A stretch of 60,711 nt of DNA from Clostridia bacterium (GTDB lineage: Bacteria > Bacillota > Clostridia > Christensenellales > UBA1242): positions 1-60,711 of the forward strand of contig JAZODG010000047.1 in the NCBI GenBank assembly GCA_045596905.1, written 5' to 3'. Below the pieces are notes generated by a model. That model made no database searches, was not told where the DNA came from, and worked only from the letters and a program-made list of their open reading frames with translations. Positions 39,071 through 47,771 of this stretch are shown piece by piece. The number at the start of each line of letters is the position of its first letter. The first letter of the stretch is position 1. Both the position numbers and the translations under genes were made by a program.

Positions 39071-39451
39071 ATGTATTCAAATGCAATAATGAATGAATTT
39101 TATAACACTGAAAATTTTGGTGTAATCCGTGGAGCAAACGGTGTTGGAAAGGTTGTTTGTGATATTGGAAACGAAATTATTAAGATTTTTATAACAGTTG
39201 AAGGCGACAAAATCACAGCTGCTGAATATCAAACATATGGTGGTGTAGTTGCTATTGCACTTACAAGCTTTGCAAACAACTTGATGATTGGAAAAACCTT
39301 GAAGGAAGCTGCAAAAATCAGTCCTGCAGACATTTTGAAACTTGCAGAAGCTGTTCCTGAAAACAGAACATATCTTCTTCATGCTGTTGCAAATTGCGTG
39401 CATTTGGCTGTTGAAAGCGTTTCAAAGAAAGGCAAAAAAGACGAAGATTAA
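39071..39451 (+). CDS. IscU/NifU-like scaffold homolog with substituted cluster-ligand cysteines
   Basis: MYSNAIMNEFYNTENFG..GVG...TYGGVVAIA...GKTLKEA...LLHAV aligns with IscU (YSEKV..NPRNVG..CGD..TYGCGSAIA..GK.L.EA..IHCS). It has G where GCG Cys is expected and A where HC Cys is expected. Confidence 0.75.
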   Translation: MYSNAIMNEFYNTENFGVIRGANGVGKVVCDIGNEIIKIFITVEGDKITAAEYQTYGGVVAIALTSFANNLMIGKTLKEAAKISPADILKLAEAVPENRTYLLHAVANCVHLAVESVSKKGKKDED

Positions 39452-39453
39452 TC

Positions 39454-39488
39454 AAAAAAAGAACTGACAAATTGTCAGTTCTTTTTAT
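39454..39488. terminator. Bidirectional terminator between the iscU-like gene and tdk
   Basis: Stem GAACTGACA / TGTCAGTTC, 3-nt loop, A-run upstream, T-run downstream. Confidence 0.8.
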
Positions 39489-40120
39489 TTTTCAATATTT
39501 TCTTTTTCTTTAAGACGGCTAGCTTTTAAAAGTTCTTTTTCTATTGATTTTTTGAGTTTTGTGTAACAGTCAAAGCACATAGCCTTATATTTTTCATCGC
39601 CACCAATATCAACAACTGCACCCGACAATACAAGCTTGCCGTTTTTGAATCTTGCATTCACTGATGCTTTTCTGCCACATTCACAAATTGCCTTTAGTTC
39701 AGTTAATGAATCTGCAATTTCAATAAGACGCTTGCTTCCTGCAAAAAGCTTGGTTCTAAAGTCTGTTTTAAGTCCATAGCAGAGCACTGGAACAAACTGT
39801 GTAAGTTCTTTTAGTTCTTCAATTTGTCTTGGAGTACAGAACTGACATTCATCGCAAATAATAACGCCAATATCTTGTTTTTTGTATTTTTTAAAAAGCC
39901 TAAGTAAACTTTCTTTGCATGAAAAAGCGTAGGCTTCTGATTCAAGCCCGATTCTGCTTTTTATAACGGTTTTGCCACCATGGTCATCACGATTGTCAAC
40001 TTGTGGTTTAATTAGCAAAACATTATAGCCTTGTTGCTCATAGTTAAATTTTGTCATTAAGGCTTGAGCTGTTTTTGAGCAACCCATAACACCATATTTA
40101 AAGTAAAGTTTAAAAGACAT
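39485..40120 (-). CDS. tdk: Thymidine kinase
   Basis: P-loop GVMGCSKT, ICDECQF, zinc ribbon CECG...CFDC. ATG 40120 follows AGGAGA. Confidence 0.9.
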   Translation of the reverse strand: MSFKLYFKYGVMGCSKTAQALMTKFNYEQQGYNVLLIKPQVDNRDDHGGKTVIKSRIGLESEAYAFSCKESLLRLFKKYKKQDIGVIICDECQFCTPRQIEELKELTQFVPVLCYGLKTDFRTKLFAGSKRLIEIADSLTELKAICECGRKASVNARFKNGKLVLSGAVVDIGGDEKYKAMCFDCYTKLKKSIEKELLKASRLKEKENIEK

Positions 40121-40248
40121 ATCATTTCTCCTAGTGCTAATTTTAATGACCAAAAAAGATAAAGTCAAATATTACAAAAGCCAAAAAAACTTCTAGTTAA
40201 AATGCATAAATTTGACAAAATCTGACAAACTAATCTTAGGGGGTAGAT

Positions 40249-40530
40249 ATGGAAAATTATTGTAAAGGCCTTTTAATGGGTATGATAGCTGGCGCTGTTG
40301 TTGGGGCAGTTGTTGTTGCTAAAAACAAGAAATTATCAAAAAAGATTTGTCAGGGTGTGGACATGGCAACAGAAAAGATTGAAGAAATAAAGCAAGATAT
40401 TGAAGAAAAAAAGGAAAATAGCGAAAATTTCAGCGATTCTGACTGCTATGACTGTTATGGAGAATTAGACAAAAATAATAGTCAAGAAAATGATAAAAAT
40501 AATTTTTATAAAAAAACAAAAAACAAATAA
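40249..40530 (+). CDS. Small membrane-anchored protein, YtxH-like N-terminus
   Basis: GLLMGMIAGAVVGAVVVAKNKK glycine-zipper TM segment, then an acidic/Asn-rich tail. Confidence 0.5.
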   Translation: MENYCKGLLMGMIAGAVVGAVVVAKNKKLSKKICQGVDMATEKIEEIKQDIEEKKENSENFSDSDCYDCYGELDKNNSQENDKNNFYKKTKNK

Positions 40531-40594
40531 ATTTGTTAGACAATAAATTTTATTTATGTTATGATTATTTTGTAAATTGTTGTGAGGAGTGCCT

Positions 40595-41026
40595 GTGAAA
40601 ATTGTAGCATTAGATATCGGAACAGTTAGAATAGGTATTGCAACATCTGACATCATGGAAATCATTGCTTCAGCTTATGAAGTATATAGAAGAAAACACA
40701 TGAACGCAGATGTGAAATACATAGCCGAACTTGTTTCAAAACTTGATGCTGGAGAAGTTGTTATAGGTCTTCCACTCAAACTTGATGGCACGGAGGGGCA
40801 AAGTGTTGAAATGGCAAAAGCCTTTGGTGAGGAATTGTCAAAGTTGATAACTGTTCCAATTGTTTATCAAGATGAGAGACTTTCAACAGTGACTGCGCAA
40901 AAAATTCTAATCGAGTCTGGAATGCGTCGTGAAAAACGCAAAGACAAAGTTGATAGCATTGCTGCAACAATTATACTACAAACTTACCTTGATAAAAAAG
41001 CATTCAAAAAGGGAAGTTTGATATAA
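40595..41026 (+). CDS. ruvX: Holliday-junction-resolvase-like pre-16S rRNA nuclease RuvX (YqgF)
   Basis: VKIVALDIGTVRIGIATSD. GTG 40595 lies 5 nt after GAGGAG. Confidence 0.88.
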   Translation: MKIVALDIGTVRIGIATSDIMEIIASAYEVYRRKHMNADVKYIAELVSKLDAGEVVIGLPLKLDGTEGQSVEMAKAFGEELSKLITVPIVYQDERLSTVTAQKILIESGMRREKRKDKVDSIAATIILQTYLDKKAFKKGSLI

Positions 41027-41049
41027 ATTTAATTTATAGGAGAATAATT

Positions 41050-41382
41050 ATGGCAGAAGAAAATGTAAAGAATCTTCCAGAATCAATGGAACACATGGAA
41101 GAAGACAGTGATGATGTTGTCACATTGCTTTCAGCAAACGGAGAAGAAATTGACTTCGTTGAAATTGCTGGTATTGCGTACAGAGGCTCATTCTATGCAA
41201 TTTTGCAACCAGTTGAACTTCTTGAAGGTATGGACGATGATGAAGCACTTGTATTCAAAGTAACAAGAGGCAAAGATGGCGAAGACAAGTTTGAAATCGA
41301 ACTTGATGATTCAGTTGTTGATGCTGTATTTGCTGAATACAACAAGCTTTATGAAGAAGCTCATGCAGGCGGCAAGAAATAG
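41050..41382 (+). CDS. DUF1292 (UPF0473, YrzB-like) acidic protein
   Basis: ...ANGEEIDFVEIAGIAYRGSFYAILQPVE...DEALVFKV..., follows ruvX as yrzB does in B. subtilis. Confidence 0.8.
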   Translation: MAEENVKNLPESMEHMEEDSDDVVTLLSANGEEIDFVEIAGIAYRGSFYAILQPVELLEGMDDDEALVFKVTRGKDGEDKFEIELDDSVVDAVFAEYNKLYEEAHAGGKK

Positions 41383-41395
41383 TCATAAAATCTGC

Positions 41396-41428
41396 ATAAA
41401 AGCCACTTTTTGTGGCTTTTATTTTTTT
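41396..41428 (+). terminator. Rho-independent terminator
   Basis: ATAAAAGCCAC-TTTTT-GTGGCTTTTAT followed by a T-run. Confidence 0.85.
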
Positions 41429-41450
41429 GTGAAAAATTTTTAAAAAATCA

Positions 41451-41479
41451 TTGCATTATTTTAATCTTTATGATAAAAT
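41451..41479 (+). promoter_or_regulatory. Sigma-A type promoter for rpsB-tsf
   Basis: TTGCAT (41451-41456), 17-nt spacer, TGA-TAAAAT (41471-41479). Confidence 0.6.
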
Positions 41480-41599
41480 CTTGCTATCACACATTCGCGG
41501 TGATATTTTTGGTGTTGCACAAAATTAAATTTTTCATGGTTTTGTGTTCCAAAAATAGTTGACCCGTGAAGAGGGATAAACAAAAAGGAGAAATAAAAT

Positions 41600-42406
41600 A
41601 TGGCAGTTGTATCAATGAAACAACTACTCGAGGCAGGTGTTCATTTTGGTCACCCAACAAGAAAGTGGAATCCAAAAATGAAAAAATACATCTTTACTGC
41701 AAGAAATGATATTTATATTCTTGACCTCGAAAAAACAGTTACTTTGATTGATGAAGCTTACGCTTTCGTTAAATCAGTAGTAGAAGCTGGTGGAAACATT
41801 TTGTTCGTAGGAACAAAGAAACAAGCTAAAGATGCAGTTATTGAAGAAGCTCAAAGAGCAGGAATGTTCTACATGGGCAACCGTTGGCTTGGTGGTACTC
41901 TTACAAACTTTAAAACAATTCGTTCAAGAGTAGACAGACTTGCAAAATTAAATCAAATGGAAACAACAGGTGAATTTGACCTTTTGCCTAAGAAAGAAGT
42001 TTTAGGTCTTAAAGCAGAACGTCAAAAACTTGAAGACAACCTTGGCGGTATCAAGGAAATGAGAAGTCTTCCTGCAGCACTTTTCGTTGTTGACCCAGGC
42101 AAAGAATATATCGCAGTTAGAGAAGCAAAATCTCTTGGAATTCCTATCGTAGCACTTGTTGACACAAACTGTGATCCAGATGATGTTGACTATGTTATTC
42201 CAGGAAATGATGACGCTATTCGTGCAGTTAAGCTTATTGCTGGTGCAATGGCTGATGCTTGTATCGAAGCAAGAGAAGGCGAAGAAGGTTTAGCTAGAAT
42301 TAAGGCAGCTGAAGCAGAAGCTGAAGCAGCTCAAAACGCTGAAGTTGTTGCAGAAGCAGCTTCTGAAGTTGTTGCTGAAGAAACAGCTACAACAGAAAAC
42401 AACTAA
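41600..42406 (+). CDS. rpsB: 30S ribosomal protein S2 (with an Ala/Glu-rich C-terminal tail)
   Basis: [27 protein letters not shown]. Confidence 0.96.
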   Translation: MAVVSMKQLLEAGVHFGHPTRKWNPKMKKYIFTARNDIYILDLEKTVTLIDEAYAFVKSVVEAGGNILFVGTKKQAKDAVIEEAQRAGMFYMGNRWLGGTLTNFKTIRSRVDRLAKLNQMETTGEFDLLPKKEVLGLKAERQKLEDNLGGIKEMRSLPAALFVVDPGKEYIAVREAKSLGIPIVALVDTNCDPDDVDYVIPGNDDAIRAVKLIAGAMADACIEAREGEEGLARIKAAEAEAEAAQNAEVVAEAASEVVAEETATTENN

Positions 42407-42431
42407 TTTTTAATTTAAAGGGGAAATTTTT

Positions 42432-43079
42432 ATGTCATTATCAGAAGATATCAAAACACTTCGTGAGCAAACCGGTGCAGGTATGCTTGATTGTAAAAAA
42501 GCTTTAGAGCAAAATGGTGGAAATATGGACAAGGCTGCAGATTGGCTTCGTGAACAAGGCATCGCAAAAGCTGCTAAAAAAGCATCTAGAATCGCTGCTG
42601 AAGGTTCTGTTTTCCTTTACAACCACATGAACGGTAAAATCGGCGTTATGCTTGAACTTAACTGCGAATCTGACTTCGTAGCTAAGAATGAAGATTTCCA
42701 AGAACTTGGACATGACATTTGTTTGCACATTGCTGCAAATGCTCCAAAATATGTTAGAAGAGAAGAAGTTGACGGAACTGAACTTGAAAAAGAAAGAGAA
42801 ATCTTGAGAGCTCAAGTTATCAACGAAGGCAAGCCAGAAGCTATGGCTGACAAAATCGTTGATGGTAAAATCAACAAGTTCTACAAAGACATTTGTTTGG
42901 AAGAACAAGAATTCGTTAAGAACCCAGACATTACAGTTGGTCAACTTGTTAGCAACGCAGTTTTGAAGATTGGTGAAAAAATCACAATCAGAAGATTTGC
43001 TAGATTTGTTATGGGTGAAGGTCTTGAAAAGAAAAATGAAAACTTCGCTGAAGAAATTGATAAGCAAATGAAAGCTTAA
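42432..43079 (+). CDS. tsf: Elongation factor Ts (short form)
   Basis: IKTLREQTGAGMLDCKKAL UBA-like N-terminus; 215 aa. Confidence 0.95.
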   Translation: MSLSEDIKTLREQTGAGMLDCKKALEQNGGNMDKAADWLREQGIAKAAKKASRIAAEGSVFLYNHMNGKIGVMLELNCESDFVAKNEDFQELGHDICLHIAANAPKYVRREEVDGTELEKEREILRAQVINEGKPEAMADKIVDGKINKFYKDICLEEQEFVKNPDITVGQLVSNAVLKIGEKITIRRFARFVMGEGLEKKNENFAEEIDKQMKA

Positions 43080-43089
43080 TCGACAAAAT

Positions 43090-43118
43090 AAAAACACCGA
43101 ATAATCGGTGTTTTTTTT
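43090..43118. terminator. Bidirectional terminator shared by tsf and the convergent orphan gene
   Basis: AAAAACACCGA-ATAA-TCGGTGTTTTTTTT. Confidence 0.85.
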
Positions 43119-43128
43119 GTGTGTATTT

Positions 43129-43866
43129 TTAAGAATAAGAACGTGGATTTCTTTCTCTTTCAAGTTTTTCATAAACGGCGTTCTTTAAAACTCCAAACTT
43201 TGTGCCTTTTTCATCATCATAGTCATCTAAGACTTTTAAAATTTCATGAACCTTGCTTTCAGACATGTGTTTAAAACCAAAGCAGAATTTTACAAGGTCA
43301 TTTATAGGTGAGTCTCCTAGCTGTTTTAACATTAAGAAAAGATGATTTTTAAGTCTTGAAATATTATGTCTAGAATTTTGCTTATTATTATAAAAATAAG
43401 GGTTTTCTAAAAATACAGAAGGTGCTGTTGATGTTGCATCAACATAAACTCCAACAATAAACTCTCTTGGCAAAATATTTGCAGTATTACTGTTAATTAA
43501 GTAGTCTATTAAAAGCTGTTTTCTATATTGATTTCCTGCGTCGCCACGGGCGTTTATTTTTGAACCGAAAACCATTTCTTCAAGTTCATGTGGAATGCTG
43601 ATTACAAGTTTGTGATTTCCACGGTTTGTTGGTCTTTCAATTTCGTTTGCGATATTGTTTGTTCTTGGATATGGACTCATTGTTCCAAGAAATGAGTTTG
43701 CACCACGCACAAGTCTTAAGCCGTTTTCAAGATAGCTGACGCTTGAATTTATTCTTTGGTTTCCACCAGCATAATAGGCGTGTTGGAAAATGGAACTATT
43801 AGATTGATTAACGCCATAATAGTCTAAGATTCGTTTCATATCAGGATTTGTGATTGCATCTCTCAT
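43129..43866 (-). CDS. Hypothetical soluble protein (245 aa), orphan on the opposite strand
   Basis: ATG 43866 lies 7 nt after GGGGGG. Own promoter and terminator. No TM segment or signal peptide. Asn/Ser-rich, no motif I recognise. Confidence 0.7.
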   Translation of the reverse strand: MRDAITNPDMKRILDYYGVNQSNSSIFQHAYYAGGNQRINSSVSYLENGLRLVRGANSFLGTMSPYPRTNNIANEIERPTNRGNHKLVISIPHELEEMVFGSKINARGDAGNQYRKQLLIDYLINSNTANILPREFIVGVYVDATSTAPSVFLENPYFYNNKQNSRHNISRLKNHLFLMLKQLGDSPINDLVKFCFGFKHMSESKVHEILKVLDDYDDEKGTKFGVLKNAVYEKLERERNPRSYS

Positions 43867-43889
43867 AATTTGACCCCCCATATATATTC

Positions 43890-43918
43890 ATTATACCAAA
43901 AATTCCGACTGTTTTCAA
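43890..43918 (-). promoter_or_regulatory. Sigma-A type promoter for the orphan gene
   Basis: Minus strand reads TTGAAA (43918-43913), 17-nt spacer, TGG-TATAAT (43895-43890). Confidence 0.6.
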
Positions 43919-43970
43919 TAAATGATGATGTTTAAATTGCCATAAATTTTAGCTTTTACTGGAAAAATGA

Positions 43971-43999
43971 TTGATAAACATATAAAAATCTTGTATTAT
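43971..43999 (+). promoter_or_regulatory. Sigma-A type promoter for frr-uppS-cdsA
   Basis: TTGATA (43971-43976), 17-nt spacer, TATTAT (43994-43999). Confidence 0.55.
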
Positions 44000-44024
44000 T
44001 ATTGTGTATAAAAAGGAGAATTTT

Positions 44025-44600
44025 ATGGGATACGAAAATGAAAATGTAGAAATGATATTTATCGAATACGAAGAAGAATTAGACAAGGCTTACAAACACT
44101 ATGAAGGTGAGCTTTCAACTGTTCGTGCAGGAAGAGCAAACCCACATATTTTAGATAAGATTTTGGTTGACTATTATGGCACACCAACACCTATTGCTCA
44201 CATGGCAAATATTTCAGTTCCAGAAGCAAGACAACTCATGATTTCACCATGGGATATTTCTAACGTGAAAAATATTTGCAAAGCAATCTTGGCTTCTGAC
44301 CTTGGTTTGACACCAACTGATGATGGAAAGGTTATTAGACTTAACTTCCCAATGCTTACAGAAGAAAGAAGAAGAGAACTTGTTAAACAAACAAGAAAAC
44401 TTGTTGAAGACACAAAGGTTGTTTGCAGAAATGCACGTCGTGATGCTATTGAAGAACTCAAAAAGCTTAAAAAAGACAGCTTAATCACTGAAGATGCTGA
44501 AGCTTCTTATGAAAAAGATGTTCAAAAGAAACTTGATGCAATCACAGAACAAATTGACAAAGCTATGGACGCAAAAGAAAAAGAAATCATGCAGGTTTAA
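44025..44600 (+). CDS. frr: Ribosome recycling factor
   Basis: ELSTVRAGRANPHILDKILVDYYG. ATG 44025 follows AAGGAG. Confidence 0.95.
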   Translation: MGYENENVEMIFIEYEEELDKAYKHYEGELSTVRAGRANPHILDKILVDYYGTPTPIAHMANISVPEARQLMISPWDISNVKNICKAILASDLGLTPTDDGKVIRLNFPMLTEERRRELVKQTRKLVEDTKVVCRNARRDAIEELKKLKKDSLITEDAEASYEKDVQKKLDAITEQIDKAMDAKEKEIMQV

Positions 44601-44601
44601 T

Positions 44602-44802
44602 ATGGATTTTAATTCACTCATTGGCCTTGAAGAATCTGAAGCTAAACGTGTTTTGGCTGAAAATGGCTTTGATGATATTGAAACGACAATTAACTCCAAA
44701 CATAATGATAGCACCGATACACTGATTGTGTGTGCAGTGAAAGAGAATGATGGAAAAGTCATTCTCATTTGTGGTGAGTTTTATTTGGAGATAAAGGGGT
44801 AA
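44602..44802 (+). CDS. Small hypothetical protein (66 aa), PASTA-like sequence pattern
   Basis: The ATG is 1 nt after the frr TAA, and the stop is 2 nt before the uppS ATG. LIGLEESEAKRVLAENGF... resembles PASTA-type alpha/beta modules (weak). Confidence 0.55.
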   Translation: MDFNSLIGLEESEAKRVLAENGFDDIETTINSKHNDSTDTLIVCAVKENDGKVILICGEFYLEIKG

Positions 44803-44804
44803 CT

Positions 44805-45524
44805 ATGTTTTTTAAGAAGAAAAAGAAAGATTTGATTGATATGGATAATATTCCTACCCATATTGCATTTATTTGTGACGGAAACAGAAGATGGGCAAGG
44901 GAAAGAGGACTTCCACAATTGCTTGGACACAAAGAAGGTGTTGAAGCTGTTAAAAGAACAGTGAAAAGGGGTGCAGAACTTGGCATTAAACACATGACAT
45001 TTTTCTGTTTCTCAACTGAAAACTTTGACAGAAGCAAAGAAGAAGTTGATTATTTATTTGATTTGTTCCGTGGCATTAAAGAGCTTAAGCCAAGACTTAT
45101 TGAACTTGGTTATAAACTCCACCACACTGGTGACAAGTCAATGCTTCCTGCAGACCTTATCGAAATTATGAATGAGCTTGAAAAAGATACAAACACTGGC
45201 GAAAAGGGTGTTGTTAATCTTGCAATCGCTTATGGTGGCAGAAACGATATTGTTAATGCAGCAAAGCGCATAGTTTCTGAAAAGGTTAAGGCTGAAGATA
45301 TCACTGAAGAAAGCTTTAAAGATTATTTAACAACAGGCGAAATGCCAGATGTTGACCTTTTGGTTAGAACTAGTGGCGAACAAAGAATCAGTGGCTTTAT
45401 GCTTTATAATATGGCATATGCTGAACTTTATTTTGTAAAACACCACTGGCCATCATTCAAAGCTGACGACGTTGATGCTTGTGTTGTTGAATATCAAAGA
45501 AGACATCGCAGATTTGGAAAATAG
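44805..45524 (+). CDS. uppS: Isoprenyl transferase (undecaprenyl diphosphate synthase)
   Basis: HIAFICDGNRRWA, RTSGEQRISGFMLY. Confidence 0.95.
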   Translation: MFFKKKKKDLIDMDNIPTHIAFICDGNRRWARERGLPQLLGHKEGVEAVKRTVKRGAELGIKHMTFFCFSTENFDRSKEEVDYLFDLFRGIKELKPRLIELGYKLHHTGDKSMLPADLIEIMNELEKDTNTGEKGVVNLAIAYGGRNDIVNAAKRIVSEKVKAEDITEESFKDYLTTGEMPDVDLLVRTSGEQRISGFMLYNMAYAELYFVKHHWPSFKADDVDACVVEYQRRHRRFGK

Positions 45525-45533
45525 GAGAAACAT

Positions 45534-46442
45534 ATGAAAAAGAGATTAATAAGCAGTTGCTTTATTGTGTTTTTTACACTTGCATTTGTGCTTTTAAAAC
45601 AAGTTCATTGTTTGTTTTTTGATGCGTTTGCACTCATAATTTCTTATTTCTCACTTAGAGAAATCATTAAAGCTCAAGGCGAAAAAAAATTAGAAAACAG
45701 AACACAAATTGCATTATACTGTGTTCCAGCTTTACAATTTTTGATTTATCATTTCTCAACCACATTCGTTTGGGCAATGACACTTCATTTATTTTTGGCT
45801 GTTGTGCTATTGGTTTATCTTCTTACTGCAGACATGGCTATGTATGCAAAAGACAGAAAATTTGGCACAACCGAACAAAATGTTGCTGTTTTGAATGAAA
45901 ACTTATTCGCAAGAACAAAAAGGGGTATGATGATTTTTGCATATCCATTGCTTCCTATCTCATTTTTGTTTGCTCTTAACCATTTGCCATATGAAGTTGG
46001 CTATATGGGTATTATTTTGACACTTGCAATCGCCATGCTCACAGATACTGGTGCATATCTTATTGGTTGTGCTTTCGGGAAAAGAAAACTTATTCCTGAA
46101 GTTTCTCCAAAAAAGACAATCGAAGGCTGTATTGGTGGATTTGTTGGTGGCATGATTGCTATTGTCGCTTGTTATTGTGTGTTCAAATATTCAGGTTGGT
46201 TTGACGTTATCAATACCGTTGACACAGGTGTTGTTATTTGCGCATTTATTTTGCTTGGATTATTTGGCTCTTATGTGAATCAACTTGGAGACTTGATTGC
46301 TTCAGCATATAAAAGAAAAGTTGGTATAAAAGACTATTCAAACATTTTCCCTGGCCATGGTGGTTTTATGGATAGGGTTGATGGACAAATGTTTGTTGCA
46401 ATCACTGTTTATATCATGTTGGTTTTGTTGTTTATTGTATAA
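45534..46442 (+). CDS. cdsA: Phosphatidate cytidylyltransferase
   Basis: SAYKRKVGIKDYSNIFPGHGGFMDRVDG. Confidence 0.93.
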   Translation: MKKRLISSCFIVFFTLAFVLLKQVHCLFFDAFALIISYFSLREIIKAQGEKKLENRTQIALYCVPALQFLIYHFSTTFVWAMTLHLFLAVVLLVYLLTADMAMYAKDRKFGTTEQNVAVLNENLFARTKRGMMIFAYPLLPISFLFALNHLPYEVGYMGIILTLAIAMLTDTGAYLIGCAFGKRKLIPEVSPKKTIEGCIGGFVGGMIAIVACYCVFKYSGWFDVINTVDTGVVICAFILLGLFGSYVNQLGDLIASAYKRKVGIKDYSNIFPGHGGFMDRVDGQMFVAITVYIMLVLLFIV

Positions 46443-46480
46443 ATTGTTATTTTTAACATAAAATTTATTAAGGAGAAAAT

Positions 46481-47767
46481 ATGACCGTTTTGTATATTTT
46501 ACTTGCATTGGCTGTTCTTCTTGTGATGATAACTGTTCATGAACTTGGACACTATGTTGCTGGTAAAATTTTTGGATTCAAAATAAATGAATTTTCAATC
46601 GGTTTCGGTCCAGCACTTTACAAACGCACAAGAAAAGACGGCGAAATCTTTGCAGTTAGGGCATTCCCACTTGGTGGATATTGTGCATTTGAAGGTGAAG
46701 ATGAAGCTGGAAACGACAAGCCAGGGGCATTCAATACAATGCCAGCTTGGAAAAGACTTATTGTTCTTTTGTCGGGTGTAACATTTAACTTTTTGTTTGG
46801 TATTTTGACTGGTGCGATTTATCTTTTTGTTAATGGTTATGCAACTCCACATATAACAATGACAATGAACTCTGCACAAACCACAGGTTCGGGTCTTCAA
46901 GCAAATGATATTGTTATGAAAGTTGATGGAAAGACCATTGAAAATTACAGAACTTTTGACTCACTTATAAAAAACTATAAAGAAGGCGACACTTTTGTTT
47001 TGACCGTTAACAGAAATGGTGAAATTATTGATGTTGTTTCTTCAAAACAAAAATATCCAGCACACTATTCAGTTTTGAATATTGAAGCATTTGACGGAAA
47101 GGTTTTTGACGCAAATGGTGCTGTTGATATCTATCAATTTTCAGACGCTATTGCACACTTGTCTGTATCATCAGAAACAGGTGAGGCCGTTGGAACAGGT
47201 GTTGCACTTGAAACATATTTTGCAGGGCTTTATAAGGACGTAAACAAAACCACACCATACACTTCAGATGACATTAAGGCATTGATAAAAGACGGAAGTC
47301 TTTGCTATGTTAATGAAGGTGTTGGAGTTGGCATTACATACAACTATAAATTTGAAAAGTACACAGTGTTTGAAGCGATAGGAAAGGCTTGGCCATTCTG
47401 CTTCTATTTGTGTGGAACAATACTTTCTGCACTTGGTGGGCTGTTTACTGGTGCAACAAGCGTAAATGATATGGGTGGAACAATCACAGCTGTTTCGCAA
47501 ATTGCAGAAATTAGCCAAATGGGAATTGGATATTTCTTATTATTGTTGCCATTGCTTGCAATGAACCTTGCATTATTTAATATTTTGCCAATACCATCTC
47601 TTGACGGTGCTAGGTCAGTGTTTGTTGTTATTGAAATGATTTTCAGAAAACCTGTGCCAAGAAAGATTGAAGGTTGGATTCACACGATTGGACTATTTTT
47701 GCTGCTGGGGCTTGTAATCTTTTTTGATATAAACCATTTCGTCGTCTCAGCACGACTGCTTATTTAG
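46481..47767 (+). CDS. rseP: RIP metalloprotease RseP/RasP (M50 site-2 protease)
   Basis: HELGHY, central PDZ-like region, NILPIPSLDG. Confidence 0.92.
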   Translation: MTVLYILLALAVLLVMITVHELGHYVAGKIFGFKINEFSIGFGPALYKRTRKDGEIFAVRAFPLGGYCAFEGEDEAGNDKPGAFNTMPAWKRLIVLLSGVTFNFLFGILTGAIYLFVNGYATPHITMTMNSAQTTGSGLQANDIVMKVDGKTIENYRTFDSLIKNYKEGDTFVLTVNRNGEIIDVVSSKQKYPAHYSVLNIEAFDGKVFDANGAVDIYQFSDAIAHLSVSSETGEAVGTGVALETYFAGLYKDVNKTTPYTSDDIKALIKDGSLCYVNEGVGVGITYNYKFEKYTVFEAIGKAWPFCFYLCGTILSALGGLFTGATSVNDMGGTITAVSQIAEISQMGIGYFLLLLPLLAMNLALFNILPIPSLDGARSVFVVIEMIFRKPVPRKIEGWIHTIGLFLLLGLVIFFDINHFVVSARLLI

Positions 47768-47771
47768 AACT

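Noticed and set aside
42504-43172. 222-aa ORF on the minus strand
   Set aside because: It is entirely antisense to tsf, which has unmistakable EF-Ts sequence. The product is low-complexity (F/S/N-rich) with no SD. This is a typical stop-poor antisense frame in an AT-rich, codon-biased gene.
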